In this document: piece after piece, positions 27,840 to 42,134 of the stretch | Layout of the letters: every line of letters begins with the position of its first letter | How positions within the stretch are numbered: the stretch's first letter is position 1 | Assembly (NCBI RefSeq): GCF_963506605.1 | Contig: NC_083277.1 | Coordinates: 87,606,001 to 87,670,000, forward strand | DNA: 64,000 nt | Direction: 5' to 3' | Source: Zootoca vivipara | Lineage: Eukaryota | Notes under the pieces: model-generated | What the model saw: the letters and a program-made list of their open reading frames with translations, nothing else | Database searches by the model: none | Told to the model about the DNA's origin: nothing | Program-made: the position numbers and the translations under genes

Positions 27840-27940
27840 AATTTTATTTGTACAGTACCTTACCCATCTGACTGGGTTGCCCCAGCCACTCTGGGTAACT
27901 TCCAACATATATAAAAACACAGTAAAACATTAAACATAAT
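27808..27940 (-). repeat. (GAT)n microsatellite plus L2-like 3' end
   Basis: GAT run then cccatctgactgggttgccccagccactctggg. Confidence 0.65.
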
Positions 27941-30263
27941 AATAATTTTATAATAATAGTAGCAGCAAATCAGTACCCAGTTTAGTAAAGGTCTATGAAT
28001 GTGTTATCATGTGGTGTTTCAACGAACCGTTTCAAAGTAAGGGGGAAAACAGGAAATAGTGCATTGATTGGTATAGGATGTTTTTCTGTTTTGTACCACT
28101 GGCTGCTATATTTCTTATTTTTACTGCTTTTATTCGTTCAGCTTAGTTGATTTTTTGTTATGGTATGTGGGTGCTTACATTATTTTGTTGAATTGAAATG
28201 AAACTATGATCAAGATGCATTAGAATATTAATTTAGGTGTGCTGTTACATTAGTAGTAACTGGAGGCGATGAGACATGAATATCCTGTTAAATGAAGAAT
28301 TACATAATATTCCAAAAGTACATACACCAAGTAACTTATCAAGTAACCCTAGCATTAAATAACTAATCCAGTATGAGAACATTAATTTCTTAATGGGTGG
28401 CAATTCCAAGTATCATGCAAACCATGGTTAACTTTGCTTTGGTGTGATAACTGAATGCAAAGGTGGACCTAGGGGAGCGTGACTGGGCACGTTGCTTCTG
28501 AGGCGCTGCAACGATGAAGTCTAATGGAAGGCTGGGTTGCCAGATTTTGGTGTTGCACAGATCACTACTGAAATCTGAGATGCAAAGGTCTGCCACTGTT
28601 GAATGGGTAGCATCATGGTTTGCAACTGGCCTGCAAACTGGAATCGTAAGCCAGGGTTTGAAGGAAGTTGGCAAACCATGCTTTGTGCTAATGATGTAGT
28701 TGGACATAATATCTGATTTGACAACCCATAGTTAAAGGTACTGTACGGTGCAACCTACTACTTGACACAAGAATGGTGAACTAATGGAAAATGAAAACAA
28801 AGAAAGTAGCTCCAAGTTGTGGTTTGACATCTAAACCATGTTTTGGGTGTGCATAAAGTCTGAATTGATCCTAAGCCAGATTGTCTCCCATGGCAGATCG
28901 CAAATTGTGCTTTATTTCCATGACCCAAAAGGCTTGACATCCAGTTATTGCAGTTCTAATGATGTTTGCATTTGTGTATAATTTCTGTTAAGTTGTAAAA
29001 GTTTATGGTTAGAGATCTCTTTTCTTTCCTATAGTTTGTTAACTGTTCTTTATATGATTTATTCTAAAAGCACTACTAGTTTGTGCATGCTTTGGGAGGG
29101 TATATAATAGAAATATTAATGTGTGGTTTCTAATTTTTACAGTCTAGCATAGTGTCAAAACCACCAGTAGCTTAAAGAAAAGCACATGTCTGTACAGTAC
29201 ACTCAAAATAAGACCATGGATAATGTGACTATCGAAACTAATGGTTAAGAGATACAGAAGTACTGTACAGGCATTGGGCTTCATAGAAAAGGAGGCTGAA
29301 CAGGAACCCTTAACGGTGCTCTAAAGATGCTATTTTGATTGCTACCCAATTTGACCTATACGTGACACAAAGTGGCATATTAAATTCCTTTCTGAAGACT
29401 CAAGAAGCTGGAGTCGCTGGGAGTGTTCAGACGTAACAACCATCCATTGTTTAGCACAATATGAACCACCTTGGCGTTGCACATTTGCTCCTCTTCACTT
29501 GTATGCTGCTATCCCTTTCTCTACCTTCCCCCATGGCTCTTGGGAAACCTTTAGTTTGCTCCTGTACTTGCCCTGCAAACTAGGGATGGAAGTTTTGTTT
29601 GCAGGAGAAGCACAACCCATAGTCTCAGGGGAGAGAAGGAGAGCAGGAAGCATACAATTTTGAAGGTCCTTTCAAGAGTTGAAGCTACCCTACTAAAAAT
29701 GTCACTCCCTGCTTAAGAGATCTTGAATAAATTTGCTTTCTGGAAGGTAGATTCAGTAGAATGTCAACATTAATGATTGAGATTGAACAGGAAGACTGGA
29801 TGCCAGAAAAATCGATGGTGCTGTTAATTTCAGAAAAGGTCTATTTCCTGCTAATTGAAATATTCTGGCAGGAGCTTTCCAACCTATCACTAAAAAAAAA
29901 TTCTTCAGAAAATGTCATGTTTATATAAAGAAGTGTTTCAGAGAAGAGAGCTACTTAGCGTTACCAATTAGTCTGGAAGACTGTGTTAAAGGCACAGGCA
30001 CTGAGAGATAATAGCAAGTTGAATCCTGAAATATGTAGCTTTAAAATATGTAAGTCGTATTTAGCTAATTAATAGGGCTGGACTCTCATTTTTAAAAAGT
30101 CACTATAATGACATTAATAGAGCTGAAACAATAAGTAACAAATAAAGTGCTATGTTGAAGACAGATGAGTTCCTCGTCACACACCCACACACCTCTAAAA
30201 GGCAAGGCATCAAATACCAGAAGCTATTTTTAAAATGGGTTATGGACTTTCTATATGATTATA

Positions 30264-30520
30264 CAGTGGTGCCTCGCTAGATGAATTTAATTTGTTCTGT
30301 GAGTCAATTCGTTTTTCGAAAAATTCGTCTTGCGAATCCCATTGATTTTTATTTTTTATTTTTTTCCCATAGGAACGCATTAATTGAATTTCAATGCATT
30401 CCTATGGGAAACCGCGATTCGCTAGACAAATTTTTCACGAAACAAATTTGTCTTGCGAGGCAACCTCCGCTCGAAAAATCTCTTCGTTAAGCGAAAAATT
30501 CGTCTAGCGAGGCACCACTG
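30264..30520. mobile_element. Tc1/mariner MITE
   Basis: TA TSD; perfect 18-bp TIR cagtggtgcctcgctaga. Confidence 0.9.
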
Positions 30521-32710
30521 TATTGCTTTCTTATGCTGTGGCTACCAGGTACGGTATTTTTAGCAACATGCAAATAACATTATCTGTAGGAAATGCCTCT
30601 TTTGCAGGGTCAGGAGAGGCCGCAGTTCCATAGCATCCAGTGTGCTAAACTGAACGAGTGAGAACTTGGTCTTGTTTATCAAGAAATGCACTCACTGTAA
30701 CTGTAAACTCTGTATAGAATATGTCTGTATGACTTCACCAATGTGTCACAAGATTAGTGAACAGCAGCACAATTTTCCCCCTTCCAAGCACAGCGCCATG
30801 GGATAGGCAAACCTGTGGTACCGCTAAGATGGCAGCCAGTATTCCAAGGAGTAACCAGGTCAAGTGGCCTATAAATTTTATGAAATAAACAAACGCAAAC
30901 AGCAGCATAGCCAAAAGCACAATACCTACAAAAACAGTGAAGTTTGAACACTTCCACTGCTTGCCAATTCCAAGTCCTACTTTAGTAACAGTGCCCCCAC
31001 ATAGACAATTATCTGAGCACTCCATGCAACAAATTTCTATTGGTTGTACAGTTGTAGGAAACCAGTTATACTCTACCACCCACAATACAATTTGCATGTC
31101 ACAAAGGATGAGGCTTGAGCTCCCAGCATATTGCGGAAACTGTATAAGATGAAGGCCTGAAGTTACAAACGCTTCAGTGAGGGAGCCGAGCACAATGGCA
31201 TTTTCTGTTTGGGGGAAACTAAAAATCATGCTCTTCCAAATAATCAGCTAGTTGTGGAAGAAAGCTTGTGGTCTGACATAATCAAGGATTTTTGCAAAGT
31301 TCCAAGGAGGCCAATAGCAATGCTGTAGTTTGGGGGAAAGACAAAAACAGTGCCTTATTCTTGACAAATAAAGTGGAGTTTAACCACGCAGGGAAATGCT
31401 GGCTTTGTTGGCTGTATTTTGCTTAAAAATAACATAGTGGAGGAGGCACTTGTCCAGGATTTCGTGGTGTCGTCTGGAATTCTGAGCTAAGGAAGAGAGG
31501 TTTTAAATTCCATTATATATTTTTCTTGTGCTTCACATTAGTCATTTGCCATGAATAACATCTAGAGCCAATTGTGATCATATACTATATATTTCAGGGT
31601 ACCAGTTGGAAATACACATTTGAAATCCCGTCAGCAGAAAAACAGTGAAGGTGGAAATTAAAGTGGAGAAATGTGCCTATTTCCCTGCAGATCCCCCATT
31701 CTCAGTCACTTTCTCTTGGTGTCTTTGGATGCGTTGCTCGTTAGCAACTAGCATAGTTCTGTCCACAGAAAGAGTTGATAAATCTTTCTCTCTATGGTAA
31801 CTGAATATGGTAAGAGATGTAATTTGCTTCAATTGAAGGAAATTCAGCTAAATGTCATGAGAAAGGTAGAAGGCCAACAATAGAACTAATTGTGCTGTCA
31901 TTCAGAATTCGTAATGATTCTCATTTTCAGAGGGGATTGTTGTAGGTTACCCATAGATCAAAACTTTTGAAAACGTATCAGCTAACAATATCAGACAATT
32001 TAAGTTGTTTTGGTTGGACTTTCTTTAGTATAGTGAGTTCGGCCAGAAGGTGATTTAAGACTCCTTTCTAGTCCTGCAATTTAATAAATAGCCAAGATTT
32101 GTCTTTGGCTTATAAGTACGCCACCATTTTCTTAACAAGTTTCCATCAACTTTCTTGATTCCCCAGGCTCTGACTCAAGTTAAACGTTCTTTCTCGTGAT
32201 CTTGGAGTCTTCTTGTCATGCACCAAGGTGTCATATAAATATTTTAAATAGGAATGGTACAGTACACACTTACTGGGAGTAAATGCAATTGAAAATGCAT
32301 AGCTCTCTTTTTTTAAAGCTACATTTTAATTTGCACATTTAACAAAGAAAAGGAAGGGGGGAATGATTAAAGAAAGGAAAAGAAGAAAAAGAAATAACAT
32401 ATGAATAATACTAACCAGTTCACATTATGGATACAGTAACTATCAGTGCATGCATTTTAAGTTACACATATAAAAGAATTAATATAAGCTGTCTAGTTGT
32501 CCAAATAGGTATCCACATGAAATTGACGTATAGATGAAATATTTTCAAATGTAGCCAAAGCAGACCATTGTGTGATACATGGTGGGTATTTATCCTTTCA
32601 AGCTCTTAGCAACCATAAAGGCGTTACAAAATCCACTTTGATTATCCTGCCATTAATCGCTATATGTACTACAGGAATCTAATTTAAATCTGTATGAACT
32701 TCTGCAAATG

Positions 32711-32949
32711 CAGTGGTACCTCGAGTTAAACACCTGAGGTTACAAACGCCTCAGGTTACAAACTCCGCTAACTTGGAAGAGTTACCTCGAGTTGAGAACT
32801 TTGCCCCAGGATGAGAACAGAAATTGTGTGCTGGAGGTGCAGTGGCAGCAAGAGGCCCCATTAGCGAAAGCACGCCTCTAGTTAAGAACAGTTTCAGGTT
32901 AAGAACGGACCTCCAGAACGAATTAAGTTCGTAACTAGATGTACCACTG
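32711..32949 (-). mobile_element. Tc1/mariner MITE (same family as 15392)
   Basis: cagtggtacctc...gtaccactg|TA; interior is the reverse complement of the 15392 copy. Confidence 0.85.
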
Positions 32950-33759
32950 TACTGTTAAGGATTTCGCTTATACAAAACTGAAGCATGTAACTACTAGACA
33001 AGTCCTTATTATGTGCCTCAATGAGGCATTCTCAGCATTAACATGCCATCTTATTTGTATTAGGCAGTACCTTCCTAGGCAAATGCTGTGGAGTCCAATA
33101 TATTCTAAATATTGTTTTTTGTGTAGCTGAATCTCAATTACAACTCTAAGGAAACAGTCTGTATAGATTCTAAATAATTTTCCATTGTTAAGGCTCTATG
33201 ATACAATCTAATTCCTCATTCCACACCTCTCTGAGTTCATGAAAAGTTACCTAATGATATCCATTTATAAGCAGTGCTAAGTTTATAAGCAGTTATAGGT
33301 TTAGCTTTCTGCAAGGATCCAACAATTTAAAAGATGCTGAAGTGTTGAAAGGAGAATGGGCCAGAAACAGACACAAACAGATGTTGTAATTGAAGATACT
33401 GCCATTCTGTTCGCATTGAAATTGATATTTACACTGTAAAATTGGAAATGACAAAAAAATTATCCATCTGAACCTATCAGCTCATCTAATATATATATGT
33501 CCCACATTCAGCTCATTGCTTCCACAAAAAGGTTGCCTCTTGCTTTCAATTCTGGATTACCCCATAAAGTTAATTTGTGAGCCTATGGGTCAGCTTGTGA
33601 GTGACAACCCGGTTTACACCACATCTCTCTGGTTGCTAAAACTGAAGCTGGTATAGGTACTTTCTTTTTATTATACTTTTTTATCTTTTAAGTAGACCTC
33701 AAATATAGATATCCAAATGGGGGTGTTAAATAATCCGTGTCTAAAATTACTCCACATGG

Positions 33760-34330
33760 GGTATTCTTAGCAGGAAGAACTTACCAGTGATTTGTACATG
33801 AGACAAATATGCCTTATGATATAAACTAATATCTGGAAAATTAAAATCTTCTGATATTGACAGCAGCCTTTTCTTAAGTTAAAAATAAAGTGGAGAATTA
33901 TCCCCAATAAACTCCCTAAATAATCTTAATAATAATGTGAAATTAATATTTTGAAAACATACTTGGGGAATATATAGTGATGTATATTATTTGCGGCAGA
34001 ATATTCATCTTAACTGAATTAACCTTACCCCAAATACTAAATTTAAGTGATGCCTGCCTTTCCAGATCATTGGAAACCTCCTTTATTAGCCTGTTCAAAT
34101 TCAATTTAACTATTTGAGACATATCTTTTGGACCCAAAATGCCTAGATATGTTAAGATCTCTGGGTACCAACAAAATCACCCGGTGGTATATGAAGTTGC
34201 TGATGTACAATTGCCCATTCTTGTTTTGATCAATTAATTGTATCCCCTGACATTCCACAAAAACTACTAATTGCTTTTATTAATTCTGGTATAGACGTTT
34301 CATGTCTAGTAAATAAATAAAACTAAATTC
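33760..34330 (-). mobile_element. Old L1-clade ORF2 remnant
   Basis: Minus-strand YLG motif and DLER..SLKFSIWGKVNSVKMNILP, matching the L1 pattern LS..GRI..IKMN.LP. Boundaries approximate. Confidence 0.6.
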
Positions 34331-37154
34331 TACTAGTTCATGAATAAAAACATAAATTTCCCTATTCTGTCTGATTGTACATGCCATTGGTTGCATTTGG
34401 TTCGTATTGGTGGAGGGTCTGCAGGGGTTTCCCCCCTTTAAAATAGAAAGAGTACCTGCATGGGTTGGATAATCCACCGAGTGTGTTAACACATACAACT
34501 GGTGTTGTGGGAACTATAGTGACAGCCGTAAAGACTTCTGGGAGGTATTTCCTAGAGGTTAGCCAGAATATAGATATGACCTAAAATGTGCACATGAGCA
34601 TTAACACCAGAAGTTACACTTAATCTTGTTTACTTTTTTAAATCCGGTACTCTGTTAGACCAATTGAAACAGCTTGAGCTGTTTTGTACTAGTTTTTGAG
34701 AACAGTGTGCCCCTATGTTATAGAACTCAGCTCAAGCAAAATCTTGTTGTTTATTCCCATGAAGATTTTATCCTCTATGGAACCATAAACCTCTGTTAGA
34801 ATTTACTGAATCTGTAGATTTTATGAGCACAGTTCATAGACTTGTTACGTTATGGGCTCCATAAAAGGAGAGTTACTGTATATTTTTATACAGCTTTTCA
34901 GTCTCCAAAGCCGCTTAATGCTTCACATGTGATGTAATAAATATGTGTATGTCTGCAAATAACAGGATTTGTTTGGGGGGGAAATGGAAAACAGGCAAGT
35001 ATCTAATCATGTGTGGACAGTAAATTTGTTATCTACCAGTTATTTGTCTTCACTCGTTTTTTATTGTTTTATTGTTTTTTATTGTTTTGTTGGGATTTAA
35101 ACCAAAGGATTGGTCATTTTTTATTTCCTGTGGAAAGTTGCTGCTCAGTTCAAGGACCAGCTTATTTCTTCAAAAGAGAGAGGATAAGAACCAACAGTTT
35201 AATATATTAATTCATTATACAGTGCACTGTTAAATGCCAAATTATGTGCAGAATTAATGAAAGCAAGGCAAGCTATGCCTGCAGGCTTACAATCTAAATG
35301 AAACATAAAACATGATGAGAAAGAAAAGGTGATGGAGAGGCTAAGGAAGACAACACCAGGTACAAAAAGCCAAGGCAAATGTATGTGTTTAGACACATTT
35401 TAAAAATTTGGCAATATTGGGGGGCAGCGAATCCCAACAGTATATTGTTGGGAAAGGCCTGTAAAAGAGAGTTAGAACTGGATATCCTGGGTTAAAGAAA
35501 TGACTTGTCCCTGAGGACCGAAGCATGCAAGATGTTTTATAGTAGAACTATGGAAGAAAGATAAAGAAAATACTAAAGTAAATACTGGTAGCTTATAATG
35601 AATTGGATAGGGTAGGAGAAAGTGAAGAAAACAGATAAAAGAGGGGGCAGACAGAGAAGATCAAACTGGTGCCACTGGTAGGTGGGGGGGGAGGGAGGCC
35701 AAGAGGAACACAGTGATCAAGATCAGACAGCCTTTTCTTATCAGACAGAGGCATCTGCATTCATTACCCAAGTTGGTTTTAATAGGCATAACCTACAAGA
35801 GCCATTTTTATGCAAACCTTGTGGAATTGGAAGCGGAATTAGAGTCTAGAACAGTGCATTTTGCACAGGAACTGTTCTCCATAGATTCTTTTCTACCTAC
35901 CCTTACAAGTTGTTTACAACTTTCCCAACAATTTATTGCATATTGAAGTCACTTATAAATATATAGCACTTTGAATTTACCCTTCTTCCCCTTTAAGATT
36001 GCTATTGGGCTTCCTTTTCTCAACTTTTTTCATATTCCTGTATTCAAGAATATTAATTTTGCTTCTGATATTGTTTCTATTATCGTGTCTATTCTCAAAA
36101 TGTTTTAAGCTGCTCCTCACTCCCATTCATTCTCATCTTAATTGTGATAAACATCTACCCACAATGAACTCTTAAGTGAAAATTCAGCCAAATGCTGCTG
36201 TAGTTTGAAACACCCTGACTACATTTTAAAAGACGTTATTGTATCCTCAAAGTGAAGGCTTGGACATTATTATTTGTGAAGGTTCAATGTCAACCACTTT
36301 TAGCCTCCAGACATTCATGCTTCCTAGCATAAACATGTGGCGTCCTCTGTTTCTTGAAATATTTTTCCTACAATTTTCGTCCTGGTCCTGGCAATAAACA
36401 TGTGGTCTAGATTTTCCCAGCTGTTACTTCAAAACAAAACAAAATCCTTACATCATTGTTCATTCCAAAATGTTTGAATGGGCAAAATCATGGTATCATT
36501 ATGATTTCTAAACACACAGGTAGCATGGGGTGGTGGGGTTTTGTCTCTATGGTTAATAAATATAAATAACATTGCGATCAGATGAACACTCCACTCCAAA
36601 AGGTTATTCAGAGCTGAATTGGAGCACATATTAGAGAATCAAGGAATGAATCAAGTGTGCTATTTTTTGTTACACTGAGAGCTTTTTCCTACAGAGATGT
36701 GGTATTAAATTTAAATGTTTTATTATGAATAATGTGCTCTTTAAAACTGTATCTTTTGTACGCCACTGCACAAATACCAATCAATCTCTCTCTTGTAGAA
36801 AAGAGATTTTGTGGTATCTGTTTAGTCTTCATTGTGGTACCTTAAAATGGAGGAGACTGGTGGAATCGGTTGATTTCAAATGTTTGTGTTGTTTTTAGAA
36901 GTGAAACTGTTTTCCATCGTTTTAACATTTGCTTTATTGTTGTAACCTTTATTTGTTTTATAATTGCATTTTTAAATTCATTTATAAACTGAATATATGA
37001 CAAAATGGCTTTTAAATGGTTTACAACTAGAAAATGAACGATAAAATTCATGCATAATGAAAATGTGCAATAACAATTCCATCAGATCATTAAAATATCC
37101 TTAATGCAATAAGACAAACCAGTTAACAATTAACACAATGAAAAAAAGATAAAG

Positions 37155-37285
37155 CCAGCTTTGGCTGGCACCTAAAAATGTGTAATGATAGCACCAGGTG
37201 AGGCTTCCTAGGGAGAGCATTCTATGAGCTGGAAGCCACCACTGAAAAGGCCCGTTCTCATTTTGCCACCCTCCAGGCCTCCTGT
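37155..37285 (-). mobile_element. L2-like fragment
   Basis: gggagagcattc...gccaccactgaaaaggccc motif typical of squamate L2. Confidence 0.5.
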
Positions 37286-38309
37286 GGGTTATGTGTGACA
37301 GCTTGGTTTGCGTGTATTGTTATAAAAGCATTTAAGGTTACAGAAAGGTTGTTTTGACATGCCATTCTTTTAATGTCAATTATCTGCAAGTCTAAATTAT
37401 CTCTGCTGTGTCATCATCCTATAACATCATTAGAAAGATAGTAAATAATACAGAGCACAGGTAGCTTTTATTATGTACAAATTGTGGTGTTTTGAAATAG
37501 TCTGGTTGAGAATAGAGAAATGGAGTTTAAGATCTATTATCTGAATGGCAGTGCCTCTGAAATGTCCTGAAGCTCTGGCCTCCCTGTGGGCTAGGAGTGT
37601 ATAATAAATGAAAAACTGACCAGGCATTTCAGATAATCTTAGTGAAAAGGTGCTGCTTTGCAGATTTCTGCTACCTATAAAACCATAATGGCTTTAGGCA
37701 ATGTTCCTAGTCTCGGTGGAGATTTTTGAAATTCTTTCTGTTTCCTTATATGGATTGGATTCCTTTATTGAGATTTCAGTGAACTCGGGAGTTCAGAGTA
37801 TGTACATATGGCTTTGATAATAATGGAATCTCTTCCCCTAGGTGAGATGAAGGATATTAAGAAGTCAACATGAAGGGAATGGAGGATATTCCAAGAGTTT
37901 AACGCCAAGCCACACATGACAAGACAATTTATGCTACTACAGTTTGTAATTCTAAATTCTAAATTGAATTATCAATCACCAATAAGATGTCAATTATTGC
38001 ATGGTTATGTTAAATCCTTTCAAAATCCATCAGTGATGTGTCAGGGCTGCTTTTGTTGTTGCTGCTATTTGCTAATTTCCTTGCCCACCCTTCACCATGA
38101 AGTTGCAGAGCAGTTTGCAACAATTTAAAAACGCATTATTACGAACAGTTAAAATAGAGAATAGTCTTAAAAATTATATCTCAGGTGTCACAGTAAACAG
38201 GTGTGTTTTCAGTATCTGACAAAAACTACATAATGAAAGAGCCAGGCACACCTCTCTGGGAACAAAGAGGACCTCTTCATATGATTTTAACCCCCAAGAG
38301 CATCTATTG

Positions 38310-38445
38310 CAGGCATCCCCAAACTTCGGCCCTCCAGATGTTTTGGACTACAATTCCCATCTTCCCCAACCATTGGTCCTGTTAGCTAGGGATCATGGGA
38401 GTTGTAGGCCAAAACATCTGGAGAGCCACAGTTTGGGGATGCCTG
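38310..38445. mobile_element. hAT hairpin MITE, family A
   Basis: TIR caggcatccccaaact; TSD atctattg/acctatag. Confidence 0.9.
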
Positions 38446-39224
38446 ACCTATAGGGAATGAGGTTGTCTTTCAGATATTTGGGCAGTAAGTCTTTTAGGGC
38501 TTTAACCATGAATGTGAGCACCTTGAATTGGGCTCAGAAATGAACTGGCAACCAACACTATGTAGGATTAGATTCTTTGTAGGTTCCTGGCAGTGCCTAA
38601 GGGTTTCTGGTGAGTTTTGCAACAGGTGAAGAAGAATGCGAAGTTTGTGGGACTGGGACAGGTCCAAAATCAATAAAGCTGCCCTCAAGTAGAAAAGTAC
38701 AGTAGTTGGACCGGCCAAAAAAAGTCCTTTTGGGGGGGGGTATTATAGGGCTGGCCCTAGAATAAATAGCACCTGAACAAGGAGCATGTTTGGCTCCCTA
38801 CCCACTTCCACTTAGTTTTGCAGCTTTGCCAAATTGTGTGGCTTGTGCAGGTTTGCAAAAACCTAGTGGTGTAATAAGCCTTACTGCTCCTACGCTTTCC
38901 CAGAAATGACAATGAAAAGCGCCCAGAACTACTTTTCAGCAATTTCCTGCTTTGTTGCCAGTGCTTTCCTGTTCTGTTTTGGACAGTAGGCCTATGTTTG
39001 TATTTTCCCCCCTCTTCAGCTGGAACTTGCTGGAGCTCAGTTCTGGCACCTCTCAGGTGGGCTGCATTGCCATTCTAAGAACAAGGGCCTCGAGGCATTC
39101 ATAGTGAGTTCCAGCTCCTCTTTTTCTAGAAAAATAGCACTGTGCTTCTCTCTCCTTTTTGAGATGCTTCTCTTTTGTGGGCATGTTACTATAGTTACAG
39201 AATAACTATAACCTGACTGCTTAT

Positions 39225-39340
39225 AGTATTAATAAATCCCAAAATCCATTTTAGGGTAGTGTCTTTATTAAGCCAGCCAAAATTACTCAGGCTGGTGTGC
39301 AAGCTTCCAAATTCCCCAGAACTCTTCATCAGGCTAGATA
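39225..39340 (-). mobile_element. Second, older Penelope-like remnant with degenerate hammerhead
   Basis: Minus strand reads gcCTGATGAagagttctggggaatttgGAAgcttgca, followed by an AATAAA-containing tail. Confidence 0.5.
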
Positions 39341-39429
39341 GTAAAAATGAAAAAGGGGTGGGGGTGGAGAGATTGTTGGGCATGTTAGCTGTTCCTGCAT
39401 CTTCAAACAGAATAAGTATTATATGATTA

Positions 39430-39430
<1 letters not shown>

Positions 39431-39474
<44 letters not shown>

Positions 39475-41212
39475 GTCGTTTAGTCGTGTCCGACTCATCG
39501 TGACCCCATGGACCATAGCATGCCAGGCACTCCTGTCTTCCACTGCCTCCCGCAGTTTGGTCAAACTCATGTTTGTAGCTTCGAGAACACTGTCCAACCA
39601 TCTCGTCCTCTGTCGTCCCCTTCTCCTAGTGCCCTCCATCTTTCCCAACATCAAGGTCTTTTCCAAGGATTCTTCTCTTCTCATGAGGTGGCCAAAGTAT
39701 TGGAGCCTCAGCTTCACGATCTGTCCTTCCAGTGAGCACTCAGGGCTGATTTCCTTCAGAATGGATAGGTTTGATCTTCTTGCAGTCCATGGGACTCTCA
39801 AGAGTCTCCTCCAGCACCATAATTCAAAAGCATCAATTCTTCGGCGATCAGCCTTCTTTATGGTCCAGCTCTCACTTCCATACATCACTACTGGGAAAAC
39901 CATAGCTTTAACTATACAGACCTTTGTAGGCAAGGTGATGTCTCTGCTTTTTAAGATGCTGTCTAGGTTTGTCATTGCTTTTCTCCCAAGAAGCAGGTGT
40001 CTTTTAATTTCGTGACTGCTTCGTGACCATTGCTGTTGCTTACACCATCTACAGTGATCAAGGAGCCCAAGAAAGTAAAATCTCTCACTGCCTCCATTTC
40101 TTCCCCTTCTATTTGCCAGGAGGTGATGGGACCAGTGGCCATGATCTTGGTTTTTTTGATGTTGAGCTTCAGACCATATTTTGCGCTCTCCTCTTTCACC
40201 CTCATTAAAAGGTTCTTTAATTCCTCCTCGCTTTCTGCCATCAAGGTTGTGTCATCTGCATATCTGAGGTTGTTGATATTTCTTCCGGCAATCTTAATTC
40301 CGGCTTGGGATTCATCTAGTCCAGCCTTTCGCATGATGAATTCTGCATATAAGTTAAATAAGCAGGGAGACAATATACAACCTTGTCGTACTCCTTTCCC
40401 AATTTTGAACCAATCAGTTGTTCCATATCCAGTTCTAACTGTAGCTTCTTGTCCCACATAGAGATTTCTCAGGAGAAAGATGAGGTGATCAGGCACTCCC
40501 ATTTCTTTAAGAACTTGCCATAGTTTGCTGTGGTCGACACAGTCAAAGGCTTTTGCATAGTCAATGAAGCAGAAGTAGACATTTTTCTGGAACTCTCTAG
40601 CTTTCTCCATAATCCAGCGCATGTTTGCTATTTGGTCTCTGGTTCCTCTGCCCCTTCGAAATCCAGCTTGCACTTCTGGGAGTTCTCGGTCCACATACTG
40701 CCTAAGCCTGCCTTGTAGAATTTTAAGCATAACCTTGCTAGCGTGTGAAATGAGCGCTATTGTGCGGTAGTTGGAGCATTCTTTGGCACTGCCCTTCTTT
40801 GGAATTGGGATGTAGACTGATCTTCTCCAATCCTCTGGCCATTGCTGAGTTTTCCAAACTTGCTGGCATATTGGGTGTAGCACCTTAACAGCATCATCTT
40901 TTAAAATTTTAAATAGTTCAGCTGGAATATCATCACTTCCACTGGCCTTGTTATTAGCAATGCTTTCTAAGGCCCATTTGACTTTACTCTCCAAGATGTC
41001 TGGCTCAAGGTCAGCAACCACACTACCTGAGGTGTACGAGACCTCCATATCTTTCTGGTATAATTCCTCTGTGTATTCTTGCCACCTCTTCTTGATGTCT
41101 TCTGCTTCTGTGAGGTCCTTACCACTTTTGTCCTTTATTATGGTAATCTTTGTACGACATGTTCCTTTCATATCTCCAATTTTCTTGAACAGATCTCTGG
41201 TTTTCCCCATTC
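39431..41212 (-). mobile_element. BovB LINE, 1.8 kb, 5'-truncated, RT domain open
   Basis: ORF 39972-41285 (NYRTIAL, QAGFR.GRGT.D, FIDYAKAFD, GVRQGC.LSP, YADD) plus C-terminal ORF 39472-39975; about 14 CAA units in the tail; TSD tatgattat. Confidence 0.97.
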
Positions 41213-42134
41213 TATGATTATACTCCATTGGTAATAGAGTGCCATTGATCCCTATATAAAGCTGGCTTGTTAGGAGACAGACCACTCACTGATCTACTTT
41301 CTGCTCAGATAAGCAAGCAGGTTTCCCAGCCTTGATACCCAAGTTCACTTATTATTATTTAAAAAAAACCTGGAGATCTGAATTGGGATTGAACCTGGGA
41401 TCTTCTGCATTCAAACTGCCATTGCACCTCATCCCAAAAATCTAAAAAATCTAAGTAAGTGACCCTTACAACAACCCTTTAAAGTAGGTCTTATAGTCTG
41501 AGGGATAAAAGGGTTGTCAGGTCATCCAGTGAATTCATGTCTGAAGGGAACGTGGAATCATAGCTCATGCTGTTAACCCTTATGCTGCATCATGTTGTTC
41601 GCACCTGATTCTTAAGTTGCTTCTTTTACCGGTACTCCTACAGTACCATGTTATGGTGTGCTATTTTATTTTCTACAATGTAAAGCCATGTTCTTCTGTT
41701 CCTAGTATTAAATGCTGAAATGCTGGTCAGTCCTCAATGCATCCTGCCAGCATATGCCACATTGACTTAATTGGGATTTACTGAATATTTTTTTAAAAAA
41801 TAAATAAAATAAAGCATTTATATATCACTTTTCAAGTTGTATCTAAATGGTGTAAATAAACCTCCCAAAGCATACAATTTTTGAAAAGCAATGTGGCATC
41901 AGGAAAAATCAATGCAATAAACAGGAGAAGCTAGAGGCCTATTCTTTGTGAAATAGGTGATCTACTTGAGGAATCTTGGCTGCTCAAGGAGTATTATTTG
42001 CTCTTTAGCACCACCTTTGGAGAAATTCAAGGTAAAAGAGAAAGCCATGTGGTTTGGTCGAATTGAATTTTGTTCATTGTATGTAACTCTTGTTAAATAG
42101 GGTCCCTTTGAACTCTACAATTCTGTGACTAGGG

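Noticed and set aside
30735-31229. 164-aa ORF with hydrophobic stretches
   Set aside because: No recognisable family or motif and no splice context; the hydrophobicity follows from T-rich sequence.
39500-41217. Plus-strand ORFs over BovB (also 11465-11993 and the minus-strand ORFs over 19100-20067)
   Set aside because: Antisense shadows of the LINE ORF2.
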